In this document: piece after piece, positions 59,291 to 64,000 of the stretch
Layout: every line of letters begins with the position of its first letter
Numbering within the stretch: the stretch's first letter is position 1
Source: the human T2T-CHM13v2.0 reference genome, Homo sapiens
Assembly: GCF_009914755.1 (NCBI RefSeq)
Contig: NC_060926.1
Length of the DNA: 64,000 bases
Direction: 5' to 3' (one strand)
Notes under the pieces: generated by a model
Databases searched by the model: none
Told to the model about the DNA's origin: nothing
What the model saw: only the letters and a program-made list of their open reading frames with translations
Translations under genes and position numbers: made by a program

Positions 59291-59494
59291 CTAGATTGAC
59301 CGTCAGTTTCACACGTCCTGCGTCTAGCTCCAGGCGGAGGGTGTCAGCAGAGTCTCTAGAAGTGGTTGCCATCAGAATGCCATATGCACGCTGGGATCGG
59401 AACCGTAAGGAAACATCCTCAGCCTCCGTATGCATGACTACGGGGAGCTGAATTTTCATAAACATGCTCCCATCATAGCTCAAAACCGTTGCCT
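59291..59494 (-). CDS. NRXN1: Neurexin-1 alpha coding exon (~exon 11), 204 nt, start of LNS4: (E)[17 protein letters not shown]...RVKLTVNL
   Basis: Translation matches the neurexin-1 alpha LNS4 sequence. Acceptor ctctag|AG GCA, donor CTA G|gtaaca, phase 1-1. Confidence 0.97.
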
Positions 59495-59885
59495 CTAGAG
59501 ATGGAAAATGAATATGATAAGTTCTTGGATGGTATAGCGCATTAATACTTTAAAGAGGAAAAGGATCATTTATTATCATTTACTTAAGACTTCCAGAACA
59601 CAATACTACAAAATCAATTCATCTTCTTCAGAAATAAACAAAACTGTGAGCTGGAAAGAGAAGTCACAGTAGAGGACTTCCCTTGTGAGATATTTGCTAA
59701 AGCCCAGAAACAGAGATATCAGCAGTTCCTTTTTTTTTGTTCCCAGAGCACTTTCTACCTATAGCATTAATCATGTTGAATTTTGAGTGTTTGATTATAT
59801 GCCCCCCTTCTCAAGAGCAAAGATCACGTTCTTTTGTACAGCCACAGTGTGAGCCTAGTTTGAAACACCAGCGAAGTTGTGGATT

Positions 59886-60194
59886 TTTTTGTTGTTGTTT
59901 TTGTTTGGGTTTTGTTGTTGTTTGTTTGTTTGAGACAAGGTCTGTATCCCCTAGGCTGGAGTGCAGTGACAGGATCTCAGCTCACTGCAGCCATGACCTC
60001 CTGAGCTCAAGCAATCTTTCCACCTCAACCTCCTGAGTAGCTGGGACCACAGGCGCATGACACCATGCCAGGCTAGCTTATTATTAATACTTTTTTCTAG
60101 AGATGGGTCTCCCTTTGTTGCCAAGGCTGGTCTCAAACTCCTGGACTCCAGTGACCCTCTCGCCCAGGTTCCCAAAAGGAACCTGTGCCCAGCC
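59886..60194 (-). mobile_element. Alu (AluJ-type), diverged
   Basis: ctcactgcagcc...gacctcctgagctcaagcaatc is AluJ-like; GT-rich decayed tail. Confidence 0.9.
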
Positions 60195-61199
60195 TCCAGC
60201 AACTTTTCAATGCATGTTTATGTATGGTAAGCCCACTGACTAGTTCTGTGAAATTAGTCAACCTTGCCTTGGCTCTGAATTATTCATCTGCACAATGAGA
60301 GGGTACTGCCAGAAGGTTTCTCAGGGCTTTGATCTGTTCTGAAAACCTGTAGTTCTAGGAGAAGTTACTGTCATCATTTTTTTTTCATAATCTCTGCCCT
60401 GATAGAATTATTTTTAAAAGAAAAAAAAAAGAAATATAGCTTAACTATAGGAACTAGGCCAATACTTTACCAAAGGTGATGTTCAAAAAGAAAAAAGAAA
60501 AACTGATATTACCAAACAACAGATAATACTTCTTTTGAGCCATTATGTTTAGCAAGGTAATTTTTACAAAGGCTTCCTTTTAAGGAACTGTTACTTCCTT
60601 TTAAGATTAATTTATAGAAGGGGAGTAACTTTAAATATTATCTATAAGCACAGCCCTGGTGTCCTGAATAAGTTCTCATGCAAAGCAGTAATGATGTGCT
60701 TTTGCTACACTAAATAAGCATGGGGGTGGGACTGGGGAGCTTGTGAGGATGTTTGTTACTAAACTAAGGCAGATGGCATCAGTAGGGAAGTTGCTTAGTA
60801 CTGTCTTAAACACACAAAGAAATGAATAAAAAAAAAACTGTTGATGACAACCTGACGGCTTTAAGAAATAGTCAGGACTCCTTAATGTTAAGCACCATAT
60901 GGTAGTGGAATATTGCAAAACAAGCGTGAATCAGTTTGCTTTCTCATTGGTTCCGATAACTCAGGATGCTACTTAATAAAGAAAAACTACCTGGAATTAA
61001 AATGAACCAGGAAATTTTCATTATTTTGCCTACTTACACAGCATAGCAATTAAGTGTACTGATACAACTGTGTTCAATATTAGGACTATATTTAGAGTTG
61101 TGGTTTTGTAAGTTTATTTTTCAGAAAGTCAAGTACTGTTTCTATAAGACTTTAATCACTATTTGTTGTCATGATGGGATTAAGTGAGAACCAGAACCT

Positions 61200-62160
61200 C
61201 TCTAAGCACTGAGTGTTCCAGGTCTCCCTGCTTAGGTTAGCTCCCTTCTCTTTTCCATCTACCTCTTGACTTAAGAGATCTCAGTCAACTCATATGCTCA
61301 CTCCTCTAATATTTATTAAGCGTTCTGACTTCTCTCCTGAGCTGTAGCATTCATTGCCTATTGGAAATTTTCAATTGGAATATGAAATTTCAATTGGAAT
61401 ATTTCAATTGGAATATTATTAAACTCTTGATTTACTCCCTTCAAAAATGAACAAACTCAAAACATGCTCCTTCTTCAGTCTTCTCCATCTCAGTAAACAT
61501 GATAATCTCATTGCTCAGACCTAAAGCTTTCTGATTTCTCTTACTCTCTCTGCCATGTCCAATCCATTTGCAAGTCTGCAAGTCCTAAAGGCTCTAATTC
61601 CAATCCACATTCTGAATTGATTGCTGTTCACCTCTGCCACTAATGTCCCTCAGACTTTGCTCTCATCTCTCACCTACACCACTGTAGTAGCTCCCTCAAC
61701 CGTGTTCCTACTTTTTTAAACCTACAAAGATCAGTGTGACCCTGGCCCCAGTCCATCTCTCTGGCCTCAGCTTTAAGTATGTCCCGCTTCTTGTTCAGTG
61801 AGCTCCAGATACACCAATTTCATGATCTCACTGAAGTGTTTGCACTTTTAGATCCCTCTGTTTAAAAATGTTTCACCCCAGATCTTTAAATAGCTGGTTC
61901 TTTCAGCATTTAGGTCTCTGCTCAAATGTTACTCCAGAGAGACCTGCTACCCACTCCAGTTATTCAATATATATTCACCATTTCACTTTGTTGAAATGAC
62001 CATTTCTTGTTTGTAGAGTATTATCTGTATATGCCCTTTAGAATACAAGTACCTTGAGGGCAGAGATCAGTCTCTCATATGCATTGCTCTATCAGCAGCA
62101 AGTGCCCCCACAATGCCAGGCCCACAGCAGAGCCTCCATAAATATTAATTGAATCAATAA
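61200..62160 (+). mobile_element. L2 LINE 3' relic
   Basis: L2-like text ending ...cacaatgccaggcccacagcagagcctccataaatattaattgaat. Boundaries approximate. Confidence 0.7.
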
Positions 62161-62162
62161 TT

Positions 62163-62163
<1 letters not shown>

Positions 62164-62198
<35 letters not shown>

Positions 62199-62203
62199 AC
62201 ACA
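62164..62203. repeat. (CA)~20 microsatellite, i.e. (UG)n on the NRXN1 pre-mRNA
   Basis: Seen directly, one interruption. Confidence 0.97.
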
Positions 62204-64000
62204 GTGAGCTAATTTCAATTTGAATACCAAGCTTACATAAAAGCTTACCAAAGAAATTAAGTATTTATTCTGCTTATTGCAAGTGAAATCTAATTTCAGT
62301 ACTGTGCATGAACGAAATATGTAATAAGGTCCACTTTGAAGGCCAAAATTGGGCTGCAGAAGATAGGCTAGGGAAGTGTCTATTTATCAAAACAGGGGCC
62401 TCATGGTTAGGCAATGCCCTAAGCACTGATAAAACAAAATATGGTCTTTCAAAAATATAGTGGTTCTATATAATATCATATTTTTTTCCAATTAGACAAA
62501 AAGTTTCCCAAATGGGAGTAAAATCCCAGTGGTCAAAGACCAGTGCAAATAATCAAATTGCTGTTGCTCAAAAAATAATGAAAACCTGAGTGTAAAGTTA
62601 TAGTGAATTCTAGAGAGAAAAATGCTTGTGGTATAATTTTAAAAGAAATTTGATCTTTACTTTTGTTTTTCCTAAACTAGACAATCATGACCCATATCTG
62701 TAAAGCAACAAGCACCCGAATAAAAGTGTAAAAGTCATTATCATGTGTTCAGTTACTTTGGTTTCATATAGATAAAAGGATCAAAACAGTGTTTGTTTTC
62801 TCTTCTTTATTTAATCTCTATAACTAGGCTCTATTATTCAATAATCACATTTTTGAAATAATCATATTCTTCTGGGAAAAGTAGCTTGATTTGATTGAAA
62901 ACTAAATAGGGGGCACCTCCTTTAAGAAATACAGATGACTGACAATGGATCATAAATATAGTGTGAAATACAACCCAGAGAAAAAAATAATCAGAATCAT
63001 TAGCCTTTAACATTCTCCAGAAAGCTGCAGGACTGAAATAACATAGTAAAGTAATAAAACTAGAGTGCCCCCGAGTGTCATGTTAAATAATTCTCAATGT
63101 GAAAATAACTTGTTGATAAATGACAAATGAAAGCCTAAACGATTCCTCACAATTAGAGTTAATGTTTAATTAGACAAGAAATGGAAAATGCACAGGGTTG
63201 TAGTCTAGAGTTGCCAAATAAATGGTAAACAACATTCTGACATTTGAAGGTTATGCTATTTGGCAGCATCCTTGAACACTAGTAAAATTATTTCATCATT
63301 TAGAATATACAATAATTCTTTAAAAGGCTAATTCCAATACAATACTTCCCACTGGGGGAGAAAACCAGTTTCAACTTTGTCTTCTATATCTCCTTCTCCC
63401 TTGTCATTAAGTTTGATAAATTTCCTTTTCTACATTATTCTTTGTTGCAGTCTAAAGTGTACACCTGTGCTCAGTTTTGCCGAAAGGCAGTCACATATTG
63501 TGATCAACGATGAAAATCAGACAGGGAGCCAAATTATATTGCTCTGACATCTGTCCCTCCATCTGTTAGAATTTAACAAACAGTATAAAGCAGATCTCTG
63601 ATTATATCAATGCTCTTATTCTTACATATAACAGAATAATTTTTATATGATCAAGTCTCCACAAATTCTCAGTTTTATTAAAAATAAAGCAGAAGGGAAG
63701 GCGCTAAATTTAACTTTTATTCATTGAACATTATTTCTGTACTACTCCTTCTTATACGATCAATACATGTAAAACAAAATACTCTCTTCTTGTCTGCCTA
63801 AGTTAGCAAGTATCTTATTCTTTCTTATAAACTCCTTTGCTTCCTTAGGCATGATAAACATCTCCTATAATGCAATTGCAACATAATTTTTCCATGTTGA
63901 ACTTTCTAAATCCAAGGAGCTGAACATGTTTTTTAATTACTTTGAATAATTATTTTCATAAATTATAAATTATCAATTTTTGCTCAAAGTTAATAAGAAA

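Overview
Primate (human-like: AluYa5, MER41) genomic DNA covering an internal part of neurexin-1 (NRXN1, alpha isoform), transcribed on the minus strand. Six coding exons have canonical GT-AG sites and consistent reading phase: 204, 27, 123, 382, 191 and 174 nt, encoding LNS4 and LNS5 up to the start of the third EGF module. The 27-nt exon is the alternatively spliced SS3 microexon (DCIRINCNS/S), which the ORF track misses. The rest is intron with about ten Alus, a MER41B solo LTR, an MLT1A LTR, hAT and Tc1/mariner-type DNA transposon remnants, L1/L2/MIR relics and microsatellites. The most unusual observations are: a near-perfect ~163-bp inverted duplication with a 905-bp spacer and junction microhomology; a MER41B LTR whose STAT (GAS) site overlaps a perfect NF-kB site; a very young AluYa5 with a perfect 15-bp TSD; and a candidate UG-repeat-guarded cryptic poison exon. 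No prokaryotic-type system (CRISPR, operon) and no new protein-coding gene is supported. Exon numbers follow common literature usage from memory, and repeat subfamilies were called by eye against remembered consensus sequences.
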